Assembly: GCA_900548695.1 (NCBI GenBank)
Contig: URLC01000001.1
Coordinates: 271,354-335,353, forward strand
Reading direction: 5' to 3'
DNA length: 64,000 nt
From: an uncultured Mycoplasmatota bacterium
GTDB lineage: Bacteria > Bacillota_I > Bacilli_A > RF39 > UBA660
The notes beneath the pieces were generated by a model. The model worked only from the letters and a program-made list of their open reading frames with translations. It did not search any database and had not been told where the DNA came from. Position 1 is the stretch's first letter; the number at the start of each line of letters is the position of its first letter. Position numbers and translations under genes: made by a program. Of this stretch, positions 1 to 9,653 are shown in pieces.

Positions 1-222
1 GTCCTTTTGACAGACCTGGGAGAAACTGCAACAAGAGAACTTGCTAAAAAACATAAGCCTTATGGTTTAGAACAAAACAAAAAAATAGCAAGAATGGGTG
101 GTAATACTGCTAAAGTTGCTAGAGATGACCTTGAAAGAAAATTAGGAGAATCAGTAATAACTAAAAATAATAACTTAAACTATAAATATATTGAATCGCA
201 AGATAAAATAGAAAATAAATAA
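1..222 (+). CDS. C-terminal fragment of a DNA-damage-inducible protein D (DinD)-like protein; the reading frame continues upstream of the window
   Basis: The ORF is open to base 1. The C-terminal sequence ...ELAKKHKPYGLEQNKKIARMGGNTAKVARDDLERKLGESVIT resembles the conserved DinD C-terminus, recalled from memory. Confidence 0.4.
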   Translation, partial: VLLTDLGETATRELAKKHKPYGLEQNKKIARMGGNTAKVARDDLERKLGESVITKNNNLNYKYIESQDKIENK

Positions 223-263
223 ATTTAATAATATATATAAGATACTATAAAAATTTAAAACTT

Positions 264-995
264 TTGTGTGTTATAGTTGTTACACCATCTTTAAATAAAA
301 GTTTTAAATTCCAAAGTGATTGGCCTTATAGTAATTCTCAAATTTATTTATTAGAGTCTTTAGTTAATGATATTAAGGATGATAAAGATAGAAAGTTTAC
401 TGAAAATAAGGCTGGTTATACATTTATTACTAGTGTTAATTATCCCAATAATAGAAGCCTAGTAAAACAAAGAATCGAACTTTCTAAAAAGTTAAAATTA
501 AAGAGGGTTAAAGTTTATAATGATGATTCTGTTATTTGTATGACTATGGAATTTAAAAATATAGATTATTCTCCTACTTTTAAGAAAAGTTATTTTTCTT
601 TAGATGAAGTTATGAAGACATATTCGGTTTCTGAGGAGACTGAAAAAACCAGTAATTTAGGAGAAAGTATTTATCCGTTGATGATTCCTAGTGGTACTAA
701 ACTTACAAACGAAGAAAAGTTAGAAACAGATAGTGGTGAACGAATTATTATGACTTTTGATGGTGAAAAACCCTTTTTGTTGGTTGAAGAAACAGCTAAT
801 ATAGCATCAGAGTTTACAGTTATTCCTACGTATGGAGAACCATATCATTTAATGGATACTTTGGGGGTAATGACTAATAATTCTTTAAATTGGACTACCA
901 ATGGTGTTGAATATTACTTAGTTAGTGATGTTATGAATCAAGATGAATTAATAGAGGTAGCACAATCTATTGGAGTTGTTCAGACTATGAAATAA
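264..995 (+). CDS. hypothetical protein (243 codons). The start is uncertain: TTG at 264 is the only canonical in-frame start before an ATG at 540.
   Basis: Long stop-free frame in an AT-rich context. No ATG until codon 93; the TTG lies inside a promoter-like TGTGTTATAGT motif. Confidence 0.4.
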   Translation: MCVIVVTPSLNKSFKFQSDWPYSNSQIYLLESLVNDIKDDKDRKFTENKAGYTFITSVNYPNNRSLVKQRIELSKKLKLKRVKVYNDDSVICMTMEFKNIDYSPTFKKSYFSLDEVMKTYSVSEETEKTSNLGESIYPLMIPSGTKLTNEEKLETDSGERIIMTFDGEKPFLLVEETANIASEFTVIPTYGEPYHLMDTLGVMTNNSLNWTTNGVEYYLVSDVMNQDELIEVAQSIGVVQTMK

Positions 996-1046
996 AAGAG
1001 CTTTACCTCTTTTTTTTTGTGTGTTATAATTTTTATGGGTGATAAT

Positions 1047-1580
1047 ATGGCAAATAATCGACAAAATAGAAGAAAAATGCACCAAAAAATTGATACCATG
1101 TCAACTTCTTTTTCTGGAGAAATTGGTAAAGTTGTTAAAATTTTAATTGCAGTTGCTATCTTTTTAATTATTTTTTATTTTTTGACTGTTTACTTGTTAA
1201 ATAATGATACGACTGATACAGTTATAGATGCAACACCGGGAGAAGCTGATATTCAATATCAAGAAATACTGGCAGGAAATAGCTTTAGTATTAGTGATGA
1301 TAAATATTTAGTACTTTATTATGATATGTCAGATGAAAATTTAAAATCAGATTATACTAATATGATTAGTACTTACGAAGCTAAGGAAGGACATGTTCCA
1401 ATTTATACAGTTGATATGTCTTCAGCATTTAATAAGGATTATGTTGCAGATAGTTCTAATAAAGATGTAGATAGTTTGGAAAATTTGAAAATTTCAGGGG
1501 CAACATTATTAGAATTTGAAAAAGGAACAGTTGTTAATTATATCGAAGGAAAAGATGGTATAAAACAATTTTTAGAATAG
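1047..1580 (+). CDS. single-pass membrane protein, hypothetical (positively charged N-terminus, one TM, extracytoplasmic domain)
   Basis: ATG at 1047 is preceded by GGTGA and lies downstream of an extended -10 TGTGTTATAAT (1020-1030). TM segment VVKILIAVAIFLIIFYFLTVYLL. Confidence 0.45.
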   Translation: MANNRQNRRKMHQKIDTMSTSFSGEIGKVVKILIAVAIFLIIFYFLTVYLLNNDTTDTVIDATPGEADIQYQEILAGNSFSISDDKYLVLYYDMSDENLKSDYTNMISTYEAKEGHVPIYTVDMSSAFNKDYVADSSNKDVDSLENLKISGATLLEFEKGTVVNYIEGKDGIKQFLE

Positions 1581-1648
1581 GGATTAGTTTCCTTATTTTT
1601 TTTGTCATTTTATGATATGATAGTAATAGATTGTATCGAGGTGGTAAG

Positions 1649-2959
1649 ATGGCGAAGGATAAGAAAAACTTTTTTGTTAAACCTAGATTTCGAAAAATTC
1701 CACAATTTGAAGATGTTGAAAGTGAAATTGATTGTGATAGTGAAGTTAGAGAGATTATTGTTGAACATAAGTCAGGTTTTAACACTTTAGAAGTATTGCT
1801 TATAATTTTAGTTTCTATAGCATTTGGGGTGGTTATTGGAATTACGATTTCAGTTGTTCGCCAAGACTATAAAGGTGAAGAAGTATCCAAACCAGTTCAA
1901 GAATTATTAACCACTTATCATAATATTTTAGATACTTATTACAAGGACTTAGATGAAAATGAGTTAGTTGATGCGGCAATTAATGGAATGTTAACATCTT
2001 TAAATGATCCACATTCTAATTATTTCAATAAAGAAGACGCTAGTAGTTTTAATGAAACCGTTGATGGTCATTATGAGGGAATTGGTGTTACTGTTGGAAT
2101 GAAAGATAATAAGGATTTTGTTATTTTAAAAGTAGAGGCTAATTCACCTGCTAAGAAAGCAGATCTCAAAGAAGGAGATATTATCCTTAAGATTGGCAAG
2201 AAAGATATTTCAGGGTTAACTTTGAAGGAAGTTAGTTCGATGATTAAAGATGAAAGTAAAGAAAAATTAGAGTTTACCTTATTACGTGATGGTAAAGAAA
2301 TTAAAAAGAATGTAAAACCTGGGATTATTGAACTTGTCTCTGTAAAGTCAGAAATTATTTCAGAGGAAGCCGGCATTGGTTATATTTATATTCAATCGTT
2401 TGCTGCTAATACCTATGACCAGTTTAAAAAAGAATTAAAAAAATTAGAAAATAAGAAAATAAAATCTTTGATTATCGATGTTAGGGATAACCCGGGTGGA
2501 CATTTATCTCAAACCAGAGATATTTTAGAGTTGTTTATGAAAAAAAATAAAGTATTATATCAAGTTGAATTTAAAGGAGATACTACTAAGATTATGGATG
2601 AAACTAAAGAATTTAGAAGTTATCCAGTTGTTGTGTTAATAGATTCATCTAGTGCTTCCGCTGCAGAAATATTAGCATCTGCATTTAAGGAAAGCTATTC
2701 TAATGTTACATTGGTTGGTGAAACAACTTACGGTAAAGGAACTGTTCAAACAGCATATTCTTTATCTGATGGTTCTACTTTAAAGTATACTACTGAAAAA
2801 TGGTTAACTCCAAAAGGAAATTGGATTGATGGTAAAGGTATAGTGCCGGATGAAGAGATTTTCCTTACAGCGGATTACTTAGAAAATCCAGTTTTATCTA
2901 ATGACTGTCAGTTACAAAAGGCTATTGAGATATTAAAAAATAAAAGTACTAGTAATTGA
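1649..2959 (+). CDS. ctpA: S41 family C-terminal processing peptidase (CtpA-like) with a PDZ domain
   Basis: Motifs DVRDNPGGHLSQ and TTYGKGTVQT; PDZ-like region; N-terminal TM. ATG at 1649 follows a GAGGTGG RBS; the track's start at 1631 is a TTG. Confidence 0.8.
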   Translation: MAKDKKNFFVKPRFRKIPQFEDVESEIDCDSEVREIIVEHKSGFNTLEVLLIILVSIAFGVVIGITISVVRQDYKGEEVSKPVQELLTTYHNILDTYYKDLDENELVDAAINGMLTSLNDPHSNYFNKEDASSFNETVDGHYEGIGVTVGMKDNKDFVILKVEANSPAKKADLKEGDIILKIGKKDISGLTLKEVSSMIKDESKEKLEFTLLRDGKEIKKNVKPGIIELVSVKSEIISEEAGIGYIYIQSFAANTYDQFKKELKKLENKKIKSLIIDVRDNPGGHLSQTRDILELFMKKNKVLYQVEFKGDTTKIMDETKEFRSYPVVVLIDSSSASAAEILASAFKESYSNVTLVGETTYGKGTVQTAYSLSDGSTLKYTTEKWLTPKGNWIDGKGIVPDEEIFLTADYLENPVLSNDCQLQKAIEILKNKSTSN

Positions 2960-3440
2960 TACTGGTACTTTTATTGATGCTATTGATAACTAGTTGTTTA
3001 TTTGTTTTTGTGGGACTACACGTGGTTAGAATTAGTTGATTCCTATTTTCTTTATTAATATGTATATATCCATTTTTGTTTTCTTCCCAAATTTTATTAA
3101 CTTTATATTCATATTTTTGGTTTTTATATTCTAAATTTATAGTATCACCAATTGTTAGTTGGTTTAATTCTTCAAAATAAGCAATTTTTCCTGTTCCTGA
3201 GTGAGCTGCTAGAAAGACAATGCTATTTTTTTGATCTGGCATAATAGAATCTCTTAATATAGTTACATTTTCTTCAATGTTATTTTTTTCACTATCAATT
3301 TTATATAGTGGTTGGTTTAGATTTAATTTTTTAATTTTTATACTGCCTATTTGTTCTGAATCTATGTTATTAACTTTTTCTATAGATTCTATTTTTTTGG
3401 TATTATATTTTGTATAATTATATATTTTGTAACAAATCAC
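2949..3440 (-). CDS. sortase (class B-like transpeptidase). The annotated start is GTG; a TM-encoding open frame continues upstream with no canonical start.
   Basis: Catalytic His in FLAAHSGTGK and Cys in LILTTCSP (TLxTC motif). Adjacent to a surface protein gene. Confidence 0.7.
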   Translation of the reverse strand: MICYKIYNYTKYNTKKIESIEKVNNIDSEQIGSIKIKKLNLNQPLYKIDSEKNNIEENVTILRDSIMPDQKNSIVFLAAHSGTGKIAYFEELNQLTIGDTINLEYKNQKYEYKVNKIWEENKNGYIHINKENRNQLILTTCSPTKTNKQLVINSINKSTSINY

Positions 3441-3484
3441 CGAATATAGAAGTATTATTAGTCCTAATACAATTATATTTCGTT

Positions 3485-4939
3485 TTATAAGTTTAATAGC
3501 TTTAATATGATATTTAATATATAAGTTATTATATTGTTTTTTGTATTAGGAACTTTAATTTTATAGTCGGTTAGAGTTATTATTTCATCTTTGGTGTCTG
3601 TAACATTTAGATTAATGTTTTCAACTTTATGGTAACCTTCTGTTGAATTTTCTTGGACAATACGATATTCTCCGTAAGGAAGTGTTACTTCGGCTTTGCC
3701 ATTTTCATCTGTGGTAATTGTTGTTACTAAGTTGTTGTTTTTATCATAAATTGAAAAGCGAATGTTTTTTTCTGGTTTCTTATTGTTTTCATCATATGTT
3801 TTATAGATGATTATTTTTTTCTTGATAATTTCGTCAAATACGGATACCTTTATTTTATTATTTTCTTTAGATATTTCTATATGGTGTTTTTCTTTATCTA
3901 ATTGATAACCGAGTGGTGCCTTTATCTCTTGTAAATAATATTTACCAAATGGGATATTTTCAATTTTACCTAGACAATTCTCATTGATGGTAATTTTAGC
4001 AATTTCTTGTCCGTCTAAATTATATAGACCATAGATGGCACCCACTAGAGAACCTTGACCTGATGCTATTTTAGAATTTGTATCTTTATCTAGCTTTTCT
4101 ATTTCTATTTCAGTATTAACTACTTCTACTTGGAATTTTGTTATTTTATCAGTTAAGTCACCAGTTTTCATTAGTGCTTGGCTTGTTTTAGATTGATAGA
4201 ATAGTATTGGCTTATTGTAATTTTTTTCACTTCTTATTAAATCTATGCTATACCTACCTGTTGTTAGATTTTTTGCAATTATTTTATTTCCTTGAATTTC
4301 AAATTTCGAATTTGTTGATTTATATTCAGATAAGACATTATTTGCGTCTTCTATTATTAAATCATTACCTTCAATAATAGTGTATGTTTTATTTGACATC
4401 GTTGGGTCTTTTTTGTAGTTTGATATTAATTGATTTATTTCGTTCATTTCTTGAGTAAATCTTTCTATTTTAGGACCGTTTAGACCATCGGTAAAATAGA
4501 AATTACCTGTAGGATCAGCTGTTTGCCAAATCATGAATTGAGTTATAGCATACCATTTAGTATCGGTGTGATTTTTATAACCGTATCCAAAGTACGCAAT
4601 TAAAGATATTTGTTCTTGTTGTTCTTTAGTTAAGTTACTTGGAGTTATTGTTTCCTCATAGATACTACCGCTTTCAAAAAATACAAAAGGATCAATACAG
4701 TAAGCATAATTATTTGTACCAGTTTGTCTAAAAAATCTGGCTTTTTGATAATAAATAGTGGAAGAGTTTGCTTTTTGTTTGTTGATGTAGATATCGTCAA
4801 TATATTCTCCTTCATAAAATGTACTGCTTTTAGCATAGATATTAGTAGTGCTACTTATTAGTATTATGATAAATGTAATTAGAATAAATAATATTTTTTT
4901 CATAACTTTCCTCCTTCGTTTCGCTTTTGATAGTAGCAA
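3485..4939 (-). CDS. secreted cell-surface adhesin with Cna B / prealbumin-like domains and a possible N-terminal thioester-type domain; atypical C-terminal sorting signal
   Basis: Signal peptide MKKILFILITFIIILISS. YCIDP and TQFMIWQ motifs (thioester-domain-like). Cna B-like segment ...GKYYLQEIKAPLGYQLD. C-terminus VPNTK followed by a hydrophobic tail; sortase gene immediately downstream. Confidence 0.55.
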   Translation of the reverse strand: MLLSKAKRRRKVMKKILFILITFIIILISSTTNIYAKSSTFYEGEYIDDIYINKQKANSSTIYYQKARFFRQTGTNNYAYCIDPFVFFESGSIYEETITPSNLTKEQQEQISLIAYFGYGYKNHTDTKWYAITQFMIWQTADPTGNFYFTDGLNGPKIERFTQEMNEINQLISNYKKDPTMSNKTYTIIEGNDLIIEDANNVLSEYKSTNSKFEIQGNKIIAKNLTTGRYSIDLIRSEKNYNKPILFYQSKTSQALMKTGDLTDKITKFQVEVVNTEIEIEKLDKDTNSKIASGQGSLVGAIYGLYNLDGQEIAKITINENCLGKIENIPFGKYYLQEIKAPLGYQLDKEKHHIEISKENNKIKVSVFDEIIKKKIIIYKTYDENNKKPEKNIRFSIYDKNNNLVTTITTDENGKAEVTLPYGEYRIVQENSTEGYHKVENINLNVTDTKDEIITLTDYKIKVPNTKNNIITYILNIILKLLNL

Positions 4940-5139
4940 AATCTTTTAAGGCTCGCAAATGAGACATTTTTAATTTCTGTAGGAAAAGGCATAGTAATTT
5001 TTATTTTATATAGATACTTTTTATATTTTTAGATTGAGCAATTGATTTGAAAATTCAAATTTTTATGTTTTTTTAATATTTAATATTTACTTTTTTTTTA
5101 TTTATATTTGTCTTATAATATAGATAGTTTGGAGGTGTT

Positions 5140-6759
5140 ATGATGACAGATATTGAAATTGCTAATGAATTTTTAAAGAAGAGTATAAGTGAGGTAGCTT
5201 CGGACTTGGGATTGAGTAGAGAAAATTATATTTTATATGGTGATGATAAAGCTAAAATTTCATCTGTTTCATCTAATAAAAATGGTAAGTTGATTTTAGT
5301 GACAGCAATTAGTCCAACACCTTACGGTGAGGGTAAAACTACTGTTAGCATTGGTCTTGGAGATGCATTACATAGATTAAATAAAAATGCGGTTATTGTA
5401 TTGCGTGAACCTTCTATGGGACCAGTTTTTGGGATGAAAGGTGGCGCGACTGGTGGAGGTTATAGTCAAGTTGTTCCAATGGAGGATATTAATCTGCATT
5501 TTACTGGTGATTTTCATGCTATAACTGCTGCTAATGATTTATTGTGTGCAGCTATTGATAATCATATTTATCATGGAAATGAGTTGGGAATTGTGGAAGT
5601 TACCTTTAATCGATGTTTGGATGTAAACGATCGAGCTCTTCGTAAAATTAATTTGGATGGTCGCTTTGAAAAGTTTAATATTACAGCAGCTAGTGAAATC
5701 ATGGCACTATTTTGTTTGGCAAAAGATTTTGATGATTTGAAAGAAATGCTTGGTAATATTGTTATTGGTTATAACAAAGATAAAAAAATGATTTTTGCAA
5801 GGGATTTACATATTGAAGGTGCATTAGCTACTTTATTAAAGGATGCCTTTTTACCGAATTTAGTACAAACATTAGAACATACACCGACAATTATTCATGG
5901 TGGCCCTTTTGCTAATATTGCCCATGGTTGTAACAGTATTGTTGCGACTCAAATGGGAATTAAGCTTGGAGATTATGTAATTACAGAGGCTGGTTTTGGG
6001 GCAGATTTAGGTGCAGAAAAATTTTTTGATATTAAGTGTCGTAAAGCTGATATTAAGCCAGACTGTGTTGTTTTAGTAGCTACTATTAAAGCTTTGAAAT
6101 ATAATGCTGGTGTTTCTAAAGAGAATATGTTAAAAGAAGATTTAGATGCTGTTTCACGGGGAATTTGTAATTTGGAGGCTCATGTTACGAATTTAAAAAA
6201 ATTTGGTGTTCCCTTTGTGGTGTGTTTAAATGCTTATGATACGGATACAAGTGAAGAACAAAAGATTGTATTAGATTGGTGTTCTCGAAGGGGGATTGCA
6301 GTTTCTATTAGTACTGCTTATCGAGATGGTGGAAAGGGTGCTATTTCTTTGGCTCAGATGGTAGAAAAGACTTTGACTCAGTCATCTAATTTTAAGATGC
6401 TTTATAATGATGATGATAGTATTTTTGATAAAATTAATAAGTTAGCAACAGAAATTTATCATGCTGATAGAGTAGAATATAGTCAAGAAGCATTAGATAA
6501 AATTGATGTTTTAGAAAAAAACAACCTATCTTATCCTCCTATTTGTGGTGCTAAAACACAATACTCTTTATCAGATGATGCTAAAAAGTTGGGTAATCCT
6601 ATGAATTATCCAATTTATGTTAGAGATATTGAATTATATAATGGAGCGGGATTTATTACTGTACTTTTTGGTAGTATTTTAAGAATGCCTGGTTTACCAA
6701 CACATCCTAATTATGAAAAGATTAATGTAGTGGATGGTAAAATTATTGGTTTAGATTAA
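5140..6759 (+). CDS. fhs: formate--tetrahydrofolate ligase
   Basis: PTPYGEGKTT P-loop region; length 539 aa; overall Fhs-like conservation. Confidence 0.93.
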   Translation: MMTDIEIANEFLKKSISEVASDLGLSRENYILYGDDKAKISSVSSNKNGKLILVTAISPTPYGEGKTTVSIGLGDALHRLNKNAVIVLREPSMGPVFGMKGGATGGGYSQVVPMEDINLHFTGDFHAITAANDLLCAAIDNHIYHGNELGIVEVTFNRCLDVNDRALRKINLDGRFEKFNITAASEIMALFCLAKDFDDLKEMLGNIVIGYNKDKKMIFARDLHIEGALATLLKDAFLPNLVQTLEHTPTIIHGGPFANIAHGCNSIVATQMGIKLGDYVITEAGFGADLGAEKFFDIKCRKADIKPDCVVLVATIKALKYNAGVSKENMLKEDLDAVSRGICNLEAHVTNLKKFGVPFVVCLNAYDTDTSEEQKIVLDWCSRRGIAVSISTAYRDGGKGAISLAQMVEKTLTQSSNFKMLYNDDDSIFDKINKLATEIYHADRVEYSQEALDKIDVLEKNNLSYPPICGAKTQYSLSDDAKKLGNPMNYPIYVRDIELYNGAGFITVLFGSILRMPGLPTHPNYEKINVVDGKIIGLD

Positions 6760-6888
6760 AAGTTATTTTTTGATAACATTATTTCTCATATGGAATTATT
6801 TAATGATTTTATAGTTTTCATAGAAAAACAACTAGTTTAACTAGTTGTTTTCTCTTTATTGTAATTTCGTTTTATTTTTGTTCTTTGT

Positions 6889-7407
6889 TTATGTTGTAGG
6901 ATTATTATTAGAAGTAGTTTGTTGTTGAGTTAGGATTCCTTGATTATTGATTATTTGTTTTGTTTTTTTCTTTTTTTTACTTTTGTTAGTAAGTCCTATT
7001 ATACCGGTAATTGTAAAAAGTATACCAATTATTGGTGTAATAATATTGGTAGTATCTAGTTTCCAAATGATATCTTGTGGATTTTTAGGATTATACTTTA
7101 TTGGAATTTTAGTTCCTATCATTGGTGGGACATTTGTATAAGTAGTTGATTTATTCTGGTATGTTTTTCCCTTGACCGTATATTCTACTATAATGGCTTT
7201 AGTATCATCTGATTCGTAGTCGTAATTGATAACTTCTGATATTGTTTCAACAAATCTTTGACTTTTTTCTATATAGTTTTTTATGTACTTTATTGAAAAT
7301 AATAGTGTTATAATACCGACTATAATAAAAATTAATGATATCATAGTAGTTTTGTCAATGATTGGTTTATCTTCAAATACTCTTGGAGCTGAAACATCGT
7401 TATACAT
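6889..7407 (-). CDS. DUF3592-like membrane protein (TM, beta-rich domain, TM, then a poly-Lys tail)
   Basis: Two TM segments flanking a ~70 aa domain; K-rich C-terminus KSKKKKKTKQ. Confidence 0.4.
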   Translation of the reverse strand: MYNDVSAPRVFEDKPIIDKTTMISLIFIIVGIITLLFSIKYIKNYIEKSQRFVETISEVINYDYESDDTKAIIVEYTVKGKTYQNKSTTYTNVPPMIGTKIPIKYNPKNPQDIIWKLDTTNIITPIIGILFTITGIIGLTNKSKKKKKTKQIINNQGILTQQQTTSNNNPTT

Positions 7408-7433
7408 ATTTATACTCCTTTTGTTTGTTTTTA

Positions 7434-8117
7434 TTATTTGTCTTCATTCTTATCATCTGGTGTTTTTTCTGGTGTCTTTGGTGGTTCTTCTGTTTTTTGT
7501 GGTTCGAAAATTGTAATTGTTCCTGTATATAATCTACCATTATAAGTTACGGTGTATTGATAACTTCCTGCTTGAGCAGTATTTACATTAGTTAGATTTA
7601 ACTTCACATTAGCTTTAACTTCATCTGTTAATGTTTCATTAATATAAGTCGCAAGATCTGTTGATAGTGCGGAACCTAGTTCTAAGTTTAAGTTTTTTAA
7701 AGTCAATATCATATCTGGTAAGGGCTTTTCTTTAATTTTAAATGCCCCATTAAAAGTTTTCTTTTTATATGTAATGGTGTATGTATAGTTTCCGGCTTGG
7801 TTAACATTTACCATAGAGGTATCTAGTTTTAATTCTTGTAAGATACTGTCTTCAATATCATTAGCATTTTCTAGGTAATCTTTTATGTTCATGCTTAATG
7901 GTTGGTTTATTTCTTGTTCCATTTCTTTTAGACGAATTTCGTTACTTTTCATATTGGCAACTCTTTTTTGAGTTATTTTTATTTCTTGTTTTGTTACTGC
8001 AGTAGCGGGTTTACTCATGAGATTCATAGTAACGCCACTGCCTATTAGAACAAATCCCCAAATAGAAACAGTTGCAACTATAATGTTTCTTTGTTTCGGT
8101 GTGATATTTTTTAGCAT
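7434..8117 (-). CDS. membrane-anchored protein with two Ig-like repeats, hypothetical
   Basis: N-terminal TM. Internal duplication NQAGNYTYTITYKKKTFNGAFKIKE / AQAGSYQYTVTYNGRLYTGTITIFE. Confidence 0.4.
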   Translation of the reverse strand: MLKNITPKQRNIIVATVSIWGFVLIGSGVTMNLMSKPATAVTKQEIKITQKRVANMKSNEIRLKEMEQEINQPLSMNIKDYLENANDIEDSILQELKLDTSMVNVNQAGNYTYTITYKKKTFNGAFKIKEKPLPDMILTLKNLNLELGSALSTDLATYINETLTDEVKANVKLNLTNVNTAQAGSYQYTVTYNGRLYTGTITIFEPQKTEEPPKTPEKTPDDKNEDK

Positions 8118-8219
8118 ATTTTGTACTCCTATTCTTCCTTTTAATTATAATATAATTTGTATTTATAAACAAGAAAAAATGTTGAAAAAAAGAGGGGGTT
8201 AGCATATAATCTAATTAAG

Positions 8220-8660
8220 GTGGTGAGTTTTATGGCTATTTATTGGATTATTTTATTTTTGGTACTATTATTTATTGAATTGGCAACGGTAAATTTAGTA
8301 TCTATTTGGTTTGCTATCGGAGCAGTTGCAGCATTTGTTACGTCATTTATCACAGATTCAGTTGTTATTCAATTGTTAGTGTTTGTGGTTGTAAGTGTTG
8401 TTACTTTATTTCTTACTATGCCAATGGTTAAAAAGGTGCGAAATAAGGAAAAAGTCGTTCCTACTAATTTAGATAGAGTAATTGGAAAAGAAGCCGAAGT
8501 TACCAAAAAAATTGATGCTACTCATTATGGTGAAGTGGAAATTTTTGGGACTGTTTGGACTGCTACAAGTGGGGATAGTCTAAAGGTTGGAGAAAAAGTT
8601 ATTGTTGATGCCATAGATGGGGTAAAACTGATTGTCAAAAAAAGGGAGGATAAGAAGTAA
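8220..8660 (+). CDS. NfeD-family membrane protein (stomatin operon partner)
   Basis: N-terminal TM helices plus a C-terminal OB-like soluble domain; stop overlaps the start of the SPFH gene (TAAATG). Confidence 0.7.
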   Translation: MVSFMAIYWIILFLVLLFIELATVNLVSIWFAIGAVAAFVTSFITDSVVIQLLVFVVVSVVTLFLTMPMVKKVRNKEKVVPTNLDRVIGKEAEVTKKIDATHYGEVEIFGTVWTATSGDSLKVGEKVIVDAIDGVKLIVKKREDKK

Positions 8661-9641
8661 ATGAGTTTTGGAATTTTATTGTTAGTTATTTTGATTATCA
8701 TTTTATTGGTTGTAGTTGCAGGAGTAAAGATTGTTTCTCAATCTAAAGCTTATGTTGTTGAACGTTTGGGTGCATATCACAGAACTATGCAAACGGGTTT
8801 ACATTACGTTGTACCTATTTTAGATAGAGTTGCTAGTAATGTTAGTTTGAAAGAAATGGTGAAAGATTTTGCTCCCCAACCTGTAATTACTAAAGATAAT
8901 GTTACTATGCAAATTGATACAGTTGTTTATTATCAAATTACTGATCCTAAATTGTATACTTATGGTGTAGAAAGTCCTATTAGTGCAATTGAAAATTTAA
9001 CTGCAACTACACTTCGTAATATTATTGGTGATTTAGAACTTGATGAAACTTTAACTAGTCGTGATGTTATCAATACTAAAATGCGTAGTATTTTAGATGA
9101 AGCTACAGATGCTTGGGGAATTAAAGTGCATCGTGTAGAAGTAAAGAATATTTTACCACCTCGTGATATTCAAGAAGCTATGGAGAAGCAAATGCGTGCA
9201 GAGCGTGAACGACGTGAGGCTATATTAAAGGCTGAAGGAGAAAAGAAAAGTCAAATTTTAATTGCTGAAGGAGAAAAAGAAAGTACTGTACTACGTGCTG
9301 AAGCAGCTAAACAAGCTAAAATTAAGGAGGCTGAAGGTGAAGCTGAATCTATTGTTAAGATTCAACAAGCAACAGCTCAAGGTTTACAATTAATTAAAGA
9401 TGTTCATATGGATGAGGCTGTATTGAAATTTAAAAGTTATGAAGCTATGGTTGATGTTGCTAATGGTCAAGCAACTAAGATTATTGTTCCTAGTGAACTT
9501 CAGAATTTAGCAACACTTGGTACTACTCTTAATGAGATGGTTGATAGACCGGTTCCACCTAAGCCAAAAGACAAACCTGTTCCACCAAAACCAGTACCAA
9601 TGGCTGCTGAGCAATTAGAGGATTCAATAAAGAATATATAA
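8661..9641 (+). CDS. SPFH/band-7 (stomatin/prohibitin-like) protein
   Basis: N-terminal TM, the band-7 core ...QSKAYVVERLGAYHRT..., and an Ala/Glu-rich coiled-coil tail. Confidence 0.85.
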   Translation: MSFGILLLVILIIILLVVVAGVKIVSQSKAYVVERLGAYHRTMQTGLHYVVPILDRVASNVSLKEMVKDFAPQPVITKDNVTMQIDTVVYYQITDPKLYTYGVESPISAIENLTATTLRNIIGDLELDETLTSRDVINTKMRSILDEATDAWGIKVHRVEVKNILPPRDIQEAMEKQMRAERERREAILKAEGEKKSQILIAEGEKESTVLRAEAAKQAKIKEAEGEAESIVKIQQATAQGLQLIKDVHMDEAVLKFKSYEAMVDVANGQATKIIVPSELQNLATLGTTLNEMVDRPVPPKPKDKPVPPKPVPMAAEQLEDSIKNI

Positions 9642-9653
9642 AAAGATCAGGAA

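Noticed and set aside
1534-1785. 83-aa ORF on the minus strand overlapping the end of one gene and the start of ctpA
   Set aside because: Low-complexity S/L-rich translation lying antisense to well-supported genes; a typical AT-rich spurious frame.
2071-2376. 101-aa antisense ORF inside ctpA
   Set aside because: Antisense to a conserved peptidase gene; serine-rich mirror-frame artefact.
4645-4836. 63-aa ORF in another frame within the adhesin gene
   Set aside because: Fully embedded in a larger gene on the same strand; no RBS.
5000-5139. Palindrome TTTGAAAATTCAAA upstream of fhs as a possible PurR or other operator
   Set aside because: Very AT-rich context; it does not match the PurBox consensus, and palindromes of this kind occur by chance at this base composition.
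6947-7141. 64-aa ORF antisense to the DUF3592 gene (including 7283-7516)
   Set aside because: Hydrophobic mirror-frame of a membrane protein; no independent signals.
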